Under the pieces are notes generated by a model. The model made no database searches. It was not told where the DNA came from and worked only from the letters and a program-made list of their open reading frames with translations. Shown here piece by piece: positions 9,730 to 20,136 of a stretch of 64,000 bases of DNA. Source of the stretch: an uncultured Bacilli bacterium (lineage in GTDB: Bacteria > Bacillota_I > Bacilli_A > RF39 > UBA660); the NCBI GenBank assembly GCA_934167825.1, contig CAKPLY010000002.1:105900-169899 (forward strand), in the 5' to 3' direction. The position numbers and the translations under genes are program-made. Positions within the stretch are counted from its first letter, which is position 1; each line of letters starts with the position of its first letter.

Positions 9730-11211
9730 CTACGAAACTCTTGGTATTATTCCTATTAAATCAAGAGAGTTATTTATTACTATATTAATTGCTAATAGTA
9801 AATTTAAATTTTCTAATGTGTATGAATTATCTTCAGTTATTATATCATAATTTAGTAAATATTCATTAGTAAGACTTGATAATTCATATATATAATTTGC
9901 AATATTATATGGTTTATACTTCAATGTCGAAGTTTTTACTACTTCTCTAAAATCACATAATTTATTTAAGATATCATATGCAAGATCATTATTAATATTA
10001 TTATATTTTTCTACTTTAGATATTTTATTTGGATATGTAGATAATATTTCATATATTTTTTTATATGTGTTTTCTATAAAGTTATAATTGTTTATACTTG
10101 TATTACTTAATGTTATATTATATCTTATTTCATTTATATCTTCTTTATTATTATCTATATTATTTAAAATATCTATGCTTCTTATTTCTAATTTACTTAT
10201 ATCATACTCTAATAATTTTAATACAGGTCTTATAATACTAGCATATTCATTATTATAACATATATCTATTACTCCATCATAGTATTTATTAAATTTATCT
10301 ATATAATATGTAAGTAATATTAAGAAATTTGAATATGTACCATCATTATTTACTAGTACTTTGTCTTTAGTATCCTTTAATATTGTAGTTTTTAGATATA
10401 GTTTATCTTCATCAAAATATGTATATCCTGTCTTATTTAGTTTATTTAGTACACCATCTATTATTTCATTATTATTTATATTATCTATACATATGTAGTT
10501 ATTAAAGTTAATTCTGTAGGCATCTAGATGCTTTTTTAATTTATCTATGATTATTGAAGTGCTTTCTTTTTTAAAGTATTCTATATTTTCATATTGTTTT
10601 CTAGTGTTATATAGTTTATATATATATGATGCTATTTCATACGATAGAGTATTACTATTAGTATAATTATTTATACATAGTGTTTTATATTCTTCTTGAA
10701 CACTAAGTGCAATACTATCTATTTCATTTTGTGTATCTATTATATATAATTCTTTTGTTACTATACTGTTACTATTTTTTAATAGTCTTGCAAAATTATC
10801 TATATATATTATACTGTAAAAGTCTTCGTTAGATAAATTAATAATACTTGATAACTTAATACTTAGGTTTATTTTTTTGTTGTTACATATATTGTTTTTA
10901 CCATAGTTTATATTTTCTTCGATTATTTCTTTTAGTTCTTGTAATAGAAAGTGTTTATCTATTGTTAGTTTCATTATGCCAGGATATAATATTTCTATGT
11001 TTTCTATCATATCTGTTTTTATATTGTTTTTTATTATGTTTGCTATTTCTTCAGGTTTCTTATGAAGTGTTTTTACTAAAGTTATAGCAACATTTGTTTC
11101 GTATGTATAATTATTTATATCTTTTGTAATAGTAAAATCTTCGATAGATACATTTAATGATGTTTGTATAGAATCTTTTATTATTATTTTAAGTTTATCT
11201 TTTATACGCAT
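9730..11211 (-). CDS. Arginyl-tRNA synthetase-like protein lacking HIGH and KMSK signatures (possible pseudo-synthetase)
   Basis: N-terminal Add-1-like region (PEEIANII...ILYPGIMKL). C-terminal DALR-like region (YNIANYIYELSS...LLLAINIVINNSLDLIGI). Core blocks are YIIDTQNEIDSIALSV and VLVNNDGTYSNF. There is no HxGH and no KMSK. Sits after a ywiB-like gene, as argS does in Bacillus. Confidence 0.55.
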   Translation of the reverse strand: MRIKDKLKIIIKDSIQTSLNVSIEDFTITKDINNYTYETNVAITLVKTLHKKPEEIANIIKNNIKTDMIENIEILYPGIMKLTIDKHFLLQELKEIIEENINYGKNNICNNKKINLSIKLSSIINLSNEDFYSIIYIDNFARLLKNSNSIVTKELYIIDTQNEIDSIALSVQEEYKTLCINNYTNSNTLSYEIASYIYKLYNTRKQYENIEYFKKESTSIIIDKLKKHLDAYRINFNNYICIDNINNNEIIDGVLNKLNKTGYTYFDEDKLYLKTTILKDTKDKVLVNNDGTYSNFLILLTYYIDKFNKYYDGVIDICYNNEYASIIRPVLKLLEYDISKLEIRSIDILNNIDNNKEDINEIRYNITLSNTSINNYNFIENTYKKIYEILSTYPNKISKVEKYNNINNDLAYDILNKLCDFREVVKTSTLKYKPYNIANYIYELSSLTNEYLLNYDIITEDNSYTLENLNLLLAINIVINNSLDLIGIIPRVS

Positions 11212-11606
11212 TAAATTCCTCCAATAGTAACTTTATATTCATAAATATTATCATTATCACTTACTTTATATTTTATATATATTTTTTCTGGTATTTCATT
11301 ATTATAAATAATACTCATATCTATTGTTTCTATTGGTATATCTAAACATAAGTTATTTTCTTTTAAATAGTATGAAGATAATTTTGTTTTACCTTTATTA
11401 AATAGCATACCATGTTTAAAGATTTCATTTTCTCTAGTTAATAGTAATGTATCATCTTTTATATATATAGTGTGTGTGATATTGTCTTTATTATATGTTA
11501 TTTTATTTTTATTGATTATACAATATTCATTTATTGGATTAGTACTTTTTTCTGTTATATTTTTTATATTTCCTTGTATTTTCTTTTTTATTTTTTTCAC
11601 CACCAA
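11211..11606 (-). CDS. DUF1934 (YwiB-like) beta-barrel protein
   Basis: 131 aa, position immediately upstream of the argS-like gene. Call rests on size and synteny. TTG/GTG start. Confidence 0.45.
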   Translation of the reverse strand: MVVKKIKKKIQGNIKNITEKSTNPINEYCIINKNKITYNKDNITHTIYIKDDTLLLTRENEIFKHGMLFNKGKTKLSSYYLKENNLCLDIPIETIDMSIIYNNEIPEKIYIKYKVSDNDNIYEYKVTIGGI

Positions 11607-11719
11607 ACATTTCGGTAGTAATTATATCACACTTTCTAGAAAAATAAAACTTATATTTAATATTTTTTTGTAAATAATACAAATAGAAATTATTTTTGGT
11701 ATTTAAAGGTGGGAAATAT

Positions 11720-13696
11720 ATGAAGATTTTAAAGAAGCTTTTGATATTCTTGTTACTTAGCATTTGTTTTTTTATATTGTTCCATGTAGGATTATTTGTA
11801 TATTGCAAGTTAACTCCTAAAATGGATATTAATAAAGCACAGTCTTATTATTTATATGATAATAAGGGTAATTTAATATTTGATAATAATGATGAATGGG
11901 CAAGTTTAGATAATATTAGTAGTAATTTAATTAATGCCACAATATATACTGAAGATAAATATTTTTATCAACATGTGGGATTTGATTATTTAAGGATAAG
12001 TAAGGCTATTGTTAATAATATCATAACAAGAAGTAAAAGTGAAGGTGCTTCTACAATTACGCAACAGTATGCAAGAAATTTATTTTTGAATTTTGATAAG
12101 ACATGGAAGAGAAAGATTGATGAGGCATTATTGGCTTTTGAACTGGAGACACATTATAGTAAGAATGAGATACTTGAGGGATATTTAAATACTATAAATT
12201 ATGGGGGTGTGTTTGGTATTGAGAATGCTAGTAAATATTATTTTAATAAGTCTTCGAATGATTTAAGTTTAGCAGAGGCTTCAATGCTTGCAGGTATTCC
12301 ACAGTCTCCAAGTAACAATAATCCTCTTAAAAATATGGATAAGGCAAAGAAGAGACAATATGTTGTTTTACTTTGTATGAAGAATAATGGTGTTATTAGT
12401 GATGATGAACTTAATGAGGCCTATAATACAGAATTGGTTTTTGAAAATGAAAAAAAGGACAATGAAGTAAAGTCTTTGTTATATTATAGAGATGCTGTTA
12501 TTAGTGAACTTAATGGTATTAGTCAGGTACCTAATTCTCTTATTGAAACAGGAGGATTAAAGATATATACTACTTTGGATATTTTGGCACAGAAAGAGTT
12601 AGAAAAAAGTTTTAATACTTATATGAGTGATAAGGATATTGAGGGTGCTGGGGTAATGATTGAACCTAGTACTGGAGATGTTCTTGCATTAATTGGGGGA
12701 AAGAATTATAATGTTAGTCAGTTTAATAGAGCAACAAATTCTAGAAGACAGGTTGGTTCTACGATGAAGCCTCTTTTATACTATTCTGCTTTAGAAAGTG
12801 GGTTTACTTCATCTTCAACTTTTACTAGTGAACAAACTACATTTACTTTTTCTAATAATAAAACATATAGTCCTAAAAATTATAATGATACTTATGCTAA
12901 TGGACCTATTACTATGGGTGCAGCAATTGCTTACTCAGACAATATTTATGCTGTTAAAACACATTTATTTCTTGGAGAACAAAGTTTAGTTAATATGGCT
13001 AATAGACTTGGTATAAATGAAGAGATACAACCAGTAGCATCTTTGGCACTTGGTACTGAGGAGATTAACTTGATTGAAATGGTTAGCGCGTATGCTTCTT
13101 TTGCTAATTTGGGATATAAGGTTAAGGGGCATTTTATAGATAGAATAGAGGATAGCAAGGGAAATATAATATATAAATACAAACATGATGAAGAACTTAT
13201 ATTAAATCCTAGTTTAGTATTTATTTTAAATGAGATGCTTACTTATACATATGATAAAGATTTTATTAGTTATAATTATCCTACAGTTATTAGTTTGCTT
13301 CCTAAGATTACTAATAGATATTCTATAAAGACAGGTACTACTAATACTGATATGTGGATTATGGGCTATAACAAAAATGTAGTTTTGGGTATTTGGACTG
13401 GGTTTGATGACAATAGGGATATTGATAGTTCGTATGGTGGTGTGCATAAAAATATATGGATTGATACAATGGAAGGTTATTTGAAAGATAGGGATAATAA
13501 ATGGTATTCTATTCCTAGTAATGTTGTTGGGGTTCTTGTTAATCCTATTACTGGGGAAGTTGCTAATCAAAATACGGAGAAGAGTAAGTTATTTTATTAT
13601 TTAAAGGGAACAGAACCTACATATAATTTAAATAAGGATATGGAAAGTGTTTTTAAACAGGATGAGATATCTAGTACATTAGAAAATGAGGAATAA
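11720..13696 (+). CDS. Class A penicillin-binding protein (glycosyltransferase + transpeptidase)
   Basis: GT51 motifs EDKYFYQHVGFD and GASTITQQ. Transpeptidase motifs STMKP (SxxK), SDN and KTGTT. ATG at 11720 has RBS AAAGGTGGG; the track ORF starts at TTG 11696. Confidence 0.9.
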   Translation: MKILKKLLIFLLLSICFFILFHVGLFVYCKLTPKMDINKAQSYYLYDNKGNLIFDNNDEWASLDNISSNLINATIYTEDKYFYQHVGFDYLRISKAIVNNIITRSKSEGASTITQQYARNLFLNFDKTWKRKIDEALLAFELETHYSKNEILEGYLNTINYGGVFGIENASKYYFNKSSNDLSLAEASMLAGIPQSPSNNNPLKNMDKAKKRQYVVLLCMKNNGVISDDELNEAYNTELVFENEKKDNEVKSLLYYRDAVISELNGISQVPNSLIETGGLKIYTTLDILAQKELEKSFNTYMSDKDIEGAGVMIEPSTGDVLALIGGKNYNVSQFNRATNSRRQVGSTMKPLLYYSALESGFTSSSTFTSEQTTFTFSNNKTYSPKNYNDTYANGPITMGAAIAYSDNIYAVKTHLFLGEQSLVNMANRLGINEEIQPVASLALGTEEINLIEMVSAYASFANLGYKVKGHFIDRIEDSKGNIIYKYKHDEELILNPSLVFILNEMLTYTYDKDFISYNYPTVISLLPKITNRYSIKTGTTNTDMWIMGYNKNVVLGIWTGFDDNRDIDSSYGGVHKNIWIDTMEGYLKDRDNKWYSIPSNVVGVLVNPITGEVANQNTEKSKLFYYLKGTEPTYNLNKDMESVFKQDEISSTLENEE

Positions 13697-13751
13697 AAAA
13701 ACTATTAGTTTATAACTTTTTAGGTAGGTTATAAATTAGTAGTTATTTTTG

Positions 13752-15398
13752 TTATTTTAAAATTTTAATTGACATTTCATAGTCGTTAGCGTTGTCTTTT
13801 TCTTCAAGAGTTATTTTGTATCCACTGTTTTCTAATAATGGTATTAGGTTTCTTATCATATTTACTGCTGGTATAACGTCTACTTTTACCGCAGGTTGTA
13901 TGCTTTGTTCGTTATTAATTGGTCCTGTTGGTATATTAAATTCTGGAATTGGATTTGGTTGTGATACTGGCTCTTGTGGTGTTGGTTCTGGCATTACAGG
14001 ACTAGTTGGCATACTAAACTCTGGTAGCGGTGAAACTTGTGGCTGTTGTGCCATTTCTTGTTGAGGCGCTACTTCGGGTTGTGGCATTGATGGAACTGGT
14101 GGAATATTAAATTCTGGAACTGGATTTGGTTGTGGTGCTGGTTCTTGTGGTGTAAGTTCAGGCATTACAGGACTTGTTGGCATACTATATTCTGGAAGTG
14201 GTGAAACTTGTGGTTGTTGTACCATTTCTTGTTGAGGCACTACTTCTGGTTGTGGCATTGATGGAACTGGTGGAATATTAAATTCTGGAACTGGATTTGG
14301 TTGTGATACTGAATCTTGTGGTGTAAGTTCAGGCATTACAGGACTTGTTGGCATACTAAATTCAGGAAGCGGTGAAACTTGTGGTTGGTGTACCATTTCT
14401 TGTTGAGGTGCTACTTCGGGTTGTGACATTGATGGAACTGTTGTAGATATATTATTAGTATTATTTTCTACAGGAACTTCAAAATTTAGTGGTTGTTCTT
14501 CTAATGATGGGAAAAATGCAGAAGGTGAGGGTTCTACAACTTTATTACCTATAATTGCAGATGGCTCACTAGTTGCATACATTTCTTGTTTAGGTTGTTC
14601 CTTTAATAAATTGTTATATTGGTTAAAATTAAATTGGTTATTATTATCCATAGTTTTATTCTCCTTTTTATTCTTTTTTACTTCTTGTTCTTCTAGAAAA
14701 TCTATTTTATTTAATTCTTTTAATTTTACTTTATCTTGATTTTCTAACTCTTTATCTTTTAGTGATTCTTGTTCTTCTTCTTGTTTTATTAAATCATTAA
14801 AACTTACTTCTTTTTTATTTACTATTTCTTCAAGTGATTTTACTGTTAGTCTTTCTTTTAATATTCTTTCTAAAAGTAATGATTGTTCTTCTTTTGGTAC
14901 TTTTGTTAAAATTTTTGCGTGTCCTAAAGATATTTTTTTTCTTAATAGGGAGTCTTCTACTAAAGGGGTTAGTTTTAATAATTCTAGTTTGTTTTTTATA
15001 TCTTTTTCATTTGTATTTAGTTTACTAGATAATTTTTTTATTGTCATTTTATCTAATAATTTACTATATATTTTTGCTTCTTCTAGGGGAGTTAATGAAT
15101 TTTCATTTTCTAATAATGACAATATTATTGCATCTTCTTTTGATAAATCTAATACTACTGATGGTACATCTTTAATATATAATTTTTTTGCAACTCTATA
15201 CCTTTTTTCACCATCAATTAGTTCATAGTCATTATTATCTTTTCTTAGTGTTAATGGTTTTATAAATCCATATTTTTTTATAGAAAATGATAAGTTATCT
15301 AAGTCTTTTTTATCAATATATACTCTTGGTTGATATGAGTTTGATTTAATTTTATCTATGTTTATATATTTGATATTTATATATTCATTCATAATCAA
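13752..15398 (-). CDS. Divergent ParB/Noc-family protein with Pro/Gln-rich triple-repeat linker
   Basis: ParB N-domain (SYQPR...ELIDGEKRYRVAKK), HTH (...NKLELLKLTP...ISLGHAKIL), E/K-rich segment, 3 x 57-aa P/Q repeats, short C-terminal domain. Occupies the noc position next to rsmG. Confidence 0.8.
   Translation of the reverse strand: MIMNEYINIKYINIDKIKSNSYQPRVYIDKKDLDNLSFSIKKYGFIKPLTLRKDNNDYELIDGEKRYRVAKKLYIKDVPSVVLDLSKEDAIILSLLENENSLTPLEEAKIYSKLLDKMTIKKLSSKLNTNEKDIKNKLELLKLTPLVEDSLLRKKISLGHAKILTKVPKEEQSLLLERILKERLTVKSLEEIVNKKEVSFNDLIKQEEEQESLKDKELENQDKVKLKELNKIDFLEEQEVKKNKKENKTMDNNNQFNFNQYNNLLKEQPKQEMYATSEPSAIIGNKVVEPSPSAFFPSLEEQPLNFEVPVENNTNNISTTVPSMSQPEVAPQQEMVHQPQVSPLPEFSMPTSPVMPELTPQDSVSQPNPVPEFNIPPVPSMPQPEVVPQQEMVQQPQVSPLPEYSMPTSPVMPELTPQEPAPQPNPVPEFNIPPVPSMPQPEVAPQQEMAQQPQVSPLPEFSMPTSPVMPEPTPQEPVSQPNPIPEFNIPTGPINNEQSIQPAVKVDVIPAVNMIRNLIPLLENSGYKITLEEKDNANDYEMSIKILK
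13933..14445. repeat. Three tandem 171-bp (57-codon) in-frame repeats inside the ParB-like gene
   Basis: The unit starting atattaaattctggaa... recurs at 13933, 14104 and 14275 (period exactly 171 bp), with high identity by eye. Confidence 0.9.
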
Positions 15399-15529
15399 CC
15401 TCTTTTCTATTCTATATATATGATACTATAAAATTAATTCTTTTTCAAGAAATTAATAGTAAATATTTTAAAATATATGATAAATAGTAAAGATAGAAAA
15501 AAATCTTATGTTTGTTATTTTACATAAGA

Positions 15530-16231
15530 TTATATATCTTTCTTTTTTATTTCATTATATCTTCTTGGATATATAGGGTTTGTTTTAGATTCTTTTTTAT
15601 ACATTATAAGTGTTCTTAAACTGTTTTCTTTTGGTAGATAGAATTTAATTTCATTTTCTTTTGTTATAGATAGTTTTTTATAGTAATTATCAATATTTGT
15701 TATTTCGTTATCAATATTTGATTTCATTGCTATATAGTGACCATTTACTTTTACTAAAGGAATAGAATATTCAAGTAAATGTTTTATGGGGGCAACTGCA
15801 CGAGATGTCACTATATCAAATATTTCTCTATTAGTTTTTGAATAATCTTCTGCACGAGCATTTATTATTATCAAGTTGTTTAGATTTAATTTTTCTTTTA
15901 CTATGTTTAAGAAATTACACTTCTTTTTATTTGATTCTACTAGAGTTACTTTGAGATTTGGAAAGACTATTTTAAGTACTAATCCAGGAAAACCCGCTCC
16001 TGTACCTATATCGCATATACTTTCATCATCTAATTTAATAACTTTATATAGTGTTAGACTATCATAAAAATGCTTTAAATATACATCTTCGAGGATAGTA
16101 ATTCCTGTCAAGTTATATTTTTTATTTTCTTCGATTAATATTTTATAATATGTTTCTAGTTGTTCTTCCATGGTTGGTGTTAGAGTAATTCCTAGTTTTA
16201 TTACTTCTTTATTAAATTCTTCTTTATTCAT
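15530..16231 (-). CDS. rsmG: 16S rRNA (guanine527-N7)-methyltransferase
   Basis: GidB family, SAM motif DIGTGAGFPG. Synteny next to mnmG. Confidence 0.9.
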   Translation of the reverse strand: MNKEEFNKEVIKLGITLTPTMEEQLETYYKILIEENKKYNLTGITILEDVYLKHFYDSLTLYKVIKLDDESICDIGTGAGFPGLVLKIVFPNLKVTLVESNKKKCNFLNIVKEKLNLNNLIIINARAEDYSKTNREIFDIVTSRAVAPIKHLLEYSIPLVKVNGHYIAMKSNIDNEITNIDNYYKKLSITKENEIKFYLPKENSLRTLIMYKKESKTNPIYPRRYNEIKKKDI

Positions 16232-18095
16232 TATAATACTTCCTTAAATATACCATTAAAATAGATATGTCTGAGGGATTTACACCACTTATTCTTAGTG
16301 CTTGTCCTATAGAAGTCGGCCTAATTTTTTGTAATTTTTGTCTTGCTTCTGTTGCTAAATTAGGTACTTTATCATAATCTATATCAAATGGTATTTGTTT
16401 TAATTCATTTTTTAGCATTTTACTTGCTTCTTTTTCTACTTTTACTATATATCCTTCATATTTTATTGATATTTCTACTTGTTCAATGACATCTTTTGGA
16501 TAGTCAATTTTTATGATATCTAATTTTGTTAGTATATCAATTGTTATTTCATTTCTTTTTAATAGGTCATATAATTTAATACCATCTTTTAGTAATGGAG
16601 TAGGGATTGTTTCTAACTTTTCATTTATCTCATTTGTTGGAGTTATTTTTGTTTCTTTTAAATAGTTAGTTAATTTTTCAATTTGATGTTTCTTTTCTAC
16701 AAATTTATTGTATCTTTCTTCATCGATAAGTCCAACTTTATAGCCATAATCTCTTAGTCTTATATCTGCATTATCGTCTCTTAATAACAATCTATATTCT
16801 GCACGAGATGTTAACATCCTATAAGGTTCTGTTGTTCCTTTTGTTACTAAATCATCAATTAGTACCCCGATATATGCTTCGTTTCTTTTTAGTATTAAAG
16901 GCTTTTTATTTCTTAATTTTAATGATGCATTTATACCCGCGATTAATCCTTGTGCTGCTGCTTCTTCATAGCCACTTGTTCCGTTTATTTGACCTGCTGT
17001 AAATAAATTTTCCAATATCTTTGTTTCTAAAGATAGTTTTATTTGAGTAGGATAGATAGCATCGTATTCAATCGCATAAGCGTATCTTAAAATTTCAGCG
17101 TTTTCTAATCCTGGTAGTGAATGAACCATTAGTTCTTGTATGTCTTTTGGCATACTAGTAGAAAATCCTTGAATATATATATCATCATAATATTTACTTT
17201 CTGGTTCTAAAAATAATTGATGTCTTTCTTTATCTTTAAAACGAACTATTTTATCTTCAATTGATGGGCAATATCTCGGTCCTATTCCTGTAATATCATC
17301 TAATCCGCCATACATACTTGATTTATTTAGATTATCTAATATAATTTTATGGGTTAGGGGAGTTGTGTATATTAAATAACAAGGTTCTTGATTATTGACA
17401 TCATAAATAGGTTTGATATCATGAGAGAAAGTATATGGTGTTTCATCTCCGTATTCTATTTTGGTTTTGGTAAAGTCTATGGTATCTCTTTTTATTCTTG
17501 GAGGTGTTCCTGTTTTTAATCTTAATATTTCAAAACCATAACTTTTAAGTTTATTTGATAAGTGCATAGATGGTCTTTCTCCATGTGGGCCACTTCTTGT
17601 TCTTGTACTTCCTATTAATATATCTGATTTTAAATATGTACCTGTAGTTAATATTACAATATCACTTTCTATTTTTGTAGTGTCTTCTAAAACTACACCT
17701 TTTACTTTTTTATCTTCTACAATTAAATCTTCTACTAAGGCAATTTTTATTTCTAGATTCTTTGTATTTTCTAGTGTATGCACCATTTCTTTAGGATATG
17801 TTACTTTATCTGCTTGTGCTCTTAGACTTCTTACTGCTGGTCCTTTTGACGAATTAAGCATTTTCATTTGAATTAAAGTTTTATCTGCATTTATACCCAT
17901 TTCACCACCTAAGGCATCTATTTCTCTTACTATTATACCTTTGGCAGATCCTCCAATTGAGGGATTACAAGGCATTGTAGCAATATTATCATAATTTCCT
18001 GTTATAAGTAGAGTTTTATGTCCTAATCTTGCACTTGCAAGGGCTGCTTCACATCCTGCGTGGCCTGCACCTACTACTATTATTTCGTATTTCAT
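16224..18095 (-). CDS. mnmG: tRNA uridine 5-carboxymethylaminomethyl modification enzyme
   Basis: YEIIVVGAGHAGCEAALA FAD motif. Full-length GidA-like sequence, 623 aa. Confidence 0.97.
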   Translation of the reverse strand: MKYEIIVVGAGHAGCEAALASARLGHKTLLITGNYDNIATMPCNPSIGGSAKGIIVREIDALGGEMGINADKTLIQMKMLNSSKGPAVRSLRAQADKVTYPKEMVHTLENTKNLEIKIALVEDLIVEDKKVKGVVLEDTTKIESDIVILTTGTYLKSDILIGSTRTRSGPHGERPSMHLSNKLKSYGFEILRLKTGTPPRIKRDTIDFTKTKIEYGDETPYTFSHDIKPIYDVNNQEPCYLIYTTPLTHKIILDNLNKSSMYGGLDDITGIGPRYCPSIEDKIVRFKDKERHQLFLEPESKYYDDIYIQGFSTSMPKDIQELMVHSLPGLENAEILRYAYAIEYDAIYPTQIKLSLETKILENLFTAGQINGTSGYEEAAAQGLIAGINASLKLRNKKPLILKRNEAYIGVLIDDLVTKGTTEPYRMLTSRAEYRLLLRDDNADIRLRDYGYKVGLIDEERYNKFVEKKHQIEKLTNYLKETKITPTNEINEKLETIPTPLLKDGIKLYDLLKRNEITIDILTKLDIIKIDYPKDVIEQVEISIKYEGYIVKVEKEASKMLKNELKQIPFDIDYDKVPNLATEARQKLQKIRPTSIGQALRISGVNPSDISILMVYLRKYYNE

Positions 18096-18110
18096 ATTTT
18101 CACTTCTTTT

Positions 18111-19460
18111 CTATTTACCTAGACAAAATCTACTAAATAATTCATCTAATAGTTCATCTGTATATGTTTCTCCAATTATTTCTCCTAGTTTTTCCCATGA
18201 CTCTTTTAATTCTAATTCTACTATATCAATTGGGTCATTATTTTCTATGTTTGTTATAGCATTATTTATGTTATTTAATGATTCTTTTAATAAAGCTATA
18301 TCTCTTGCATTTGAGAAATATGTAAAGTCTTTTGATACTAATTTATCTAGGTTAAATAATTCTTTTATTTTATTTATAATTAAGGTAGCATTTCTATTTA
18401 ATAGACTTACTTTTATTACTTCTTCATTGATATTTGTTAAATCTATTTTTGTATCTAAGTCTATTTTGTTTAGTACTACGATATGTGGTTTATTTTTTAT
18501 TTTGTTATATAATTCAATATCTTCTTTAGAAAACGTTTCATTATTGTTTAATAGGAATATTATTAAATCTGCTTTGTCTATTATTTCATAGGATTTTTCT
18601 ACTCCAATTTGTTCTACAATATTATCTGTTTTTCTTATTCCTGCAGTATCTATTATATTTAGCATTATTCCATTTATAGTTATTGTTCCTTCTACGATAT
18701 CTCTTGTTGTTCCTTCTATATCTGTTACTATTGCTTTATTTTCTTCTAGTAGGCTATTTAATAAACTACTTTTTCCTACGTTTGGTCTTCCTATTATTCC
18801 TACATTTATTCCTTCATTAATTATTTTTCCATCGTTTGATTCTTTAATTATATTAATTAGTTTGTTTTTTATGTTATTTATTTCTGAAAGTATTTTTTCA
18901 TTCGTTAATACTTCGATATCTTCATATTCTGGATAGTCTATATTTACTTCGATATTTGATATAATTTGTATTAAATCGTTTCTTAATTTCTTTATAAGTG
19001 ATGAATTTTTACCGTTTAGTTCGTTTATAGACATTTTCCTAGATGCCTCAGTTTTAGAAGATATTAGGTTCATTATTCCATCTGCTTCTACTAAATCAAT
19101 TCTTCCATTTAAAAATGCTCTTTTGGTAAATTCTCCTGGTTCAGCAAGTCTTGCACCGTTTATTAATGTTAATTCTAATACTTTATTTGTTGTTGATATT
19201 CCACCATGACAGTTTATTTCTACAATGTTTTCTTTTGTATACGTTTTTGGTGCTTTCATTATGCTTACTAATACTTCATCTATTATTTCATCTTTATCTA
19301 CTATGTATCCATAATGAATTGTATGTGATGACACTTTTGTTAAATTTTTACCTTTGAATATTTTATTTACTATATTTATGCTATCTTCACCACTTAATCT
19401 AATTATTGAAATTGCTCCTACACCTAAAGCAGTAGATATTGCTACTATTGTATCGTCCAT
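18111..19460 (-). CDS. mnmE: tRNA modification GTPase
   Basis: GRPNVGKSSLLN G1 motif, DTAG, NKID, C-terminal CLGK. Confidence 0.95.
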   Translation of the reverse strand: MDDTIVAISTALGVGAISIIRLSGEDSINIVNKIFKGKNLTKVSSHTIHYGYIVDKDEIIDEVLVSIMKAPKTYTKENIVEINCHGGISTTNKVLELTLINGARLAEPGEFTKRAFLNGRIDLVEADGIMNLISSKTEASRKMSINELNGKNSSLIKKLRNDLIQIISNIEVNIDYPEYEDIEVLTNEKILSEINNIKNKLINIIKESNDGKIINEGINVGIIGRPNVGKSSLLNSLLEENKAIVTDIEGTTRDIVEGTITINGIMLNIIDTAGIRKTDNIVEQIGVEKSYEIIDKADLIIFLLNNNETFSKEDIELYNKIKNKPHIVVLNKIDLDTKIDLTNINEEVIKVSLLNRNATLIINKIKELFNLDKLVSKDFTYFSNARDIALLKESLNNINNAITNIENNDPIDIVELELKESWEKLGEIIGETYTDELLDELFSRFCLGK

Positions 19461-19519
19461 ATTATATGCCTCCCTTTTTTCGTTTATATTTTATCATATT
19501 AGAAGAAAAAAAGAAAGAA

Positions 19520-20134
19520 TTATTTAATTTCTTCTTTTAATTTTATTACTACACATCTATTAGGTTCTTCTCCAACGCTTTCAGTATATACATATTTGTC
19601 ATCTGCAAGAACACTATGAACTATTCTTCTTTCATAAGAATTCATGCTATCCATAGTTACTTCTATTTTTGTTTTTGCTACTTCTCTTGCTGTTTTTTTG
19701 GCAAGATATTCTATGTTCTTAACTCTTTTTTCTTTATAGTTTTCTACATCTAGAATTACTTTTATTTTTTCATCTAATTCACTAGATAACATTTGTCTTA
19801 TTACTGTTTGTAGTGCTCCAATAGTTCTTCCATTTTTTCCTATTAATATTGCATTATTGTTTGAAAATATTTTAATATTAATTGTTTTATCTCTTCTTCT
19901 TATTTCAAATTTTGCATCTATTGGCATTAATTTTAATATTTCACTTAGTGTTTCTTTTATGTAATTTTGTATATCATTTAATGTTGTTACTTCAAGGGAT
20001 GCTGATTTTTTTAAAAGTCCAGATTTAACTTCACTATTTAATATTATTAAATCTTCTTCATTAACATTTAGTTCTGTTAAGGCTTTTTCTTTTAATTCTT
20101 CTAGAGTTTTTCCTTCAAATAAATATTTTTTCAT
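19520..20134 (-). CDS. jag: Jag/KhpB RNA-binding protein (KH + R3H)
   Basis: IGKNGRTIGALQ (KH) and ERRIVHSVL (R3H). Synteny after yidC. Confidence 0.85.
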   Translation of the reverse strand: MKKYLFEGKTLEELKEKALTELNVNEEDLIILNSEVKSGLLKKSASLEVTTLNDIQNYIKETLSEILKLMPIDAKFEIRRRDKTINIKIFSNNNAILIGKNGRTIGALQTVIRQMLSSELDEKIKVILDVENYKEKRVKNIEYLAKKTAREVAKTKIEVTMDSMNSYERRIVHSVLADDKYVYTESVGEEPNRCVVIKLKEEIK

Positions 20135-20136
20135 TA

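Noticed and set aside
13933-14445. P/Q-rich repeats considered as a separate cell-wall or collagen-like gene, or a frameshifted fusion
   Set aside because: A single uninterrupted reading frame joins the ParB N-terminal/HTH domains, the repeats and the C-terminal domain. The repeat period is exactly 171 bp (in frame).
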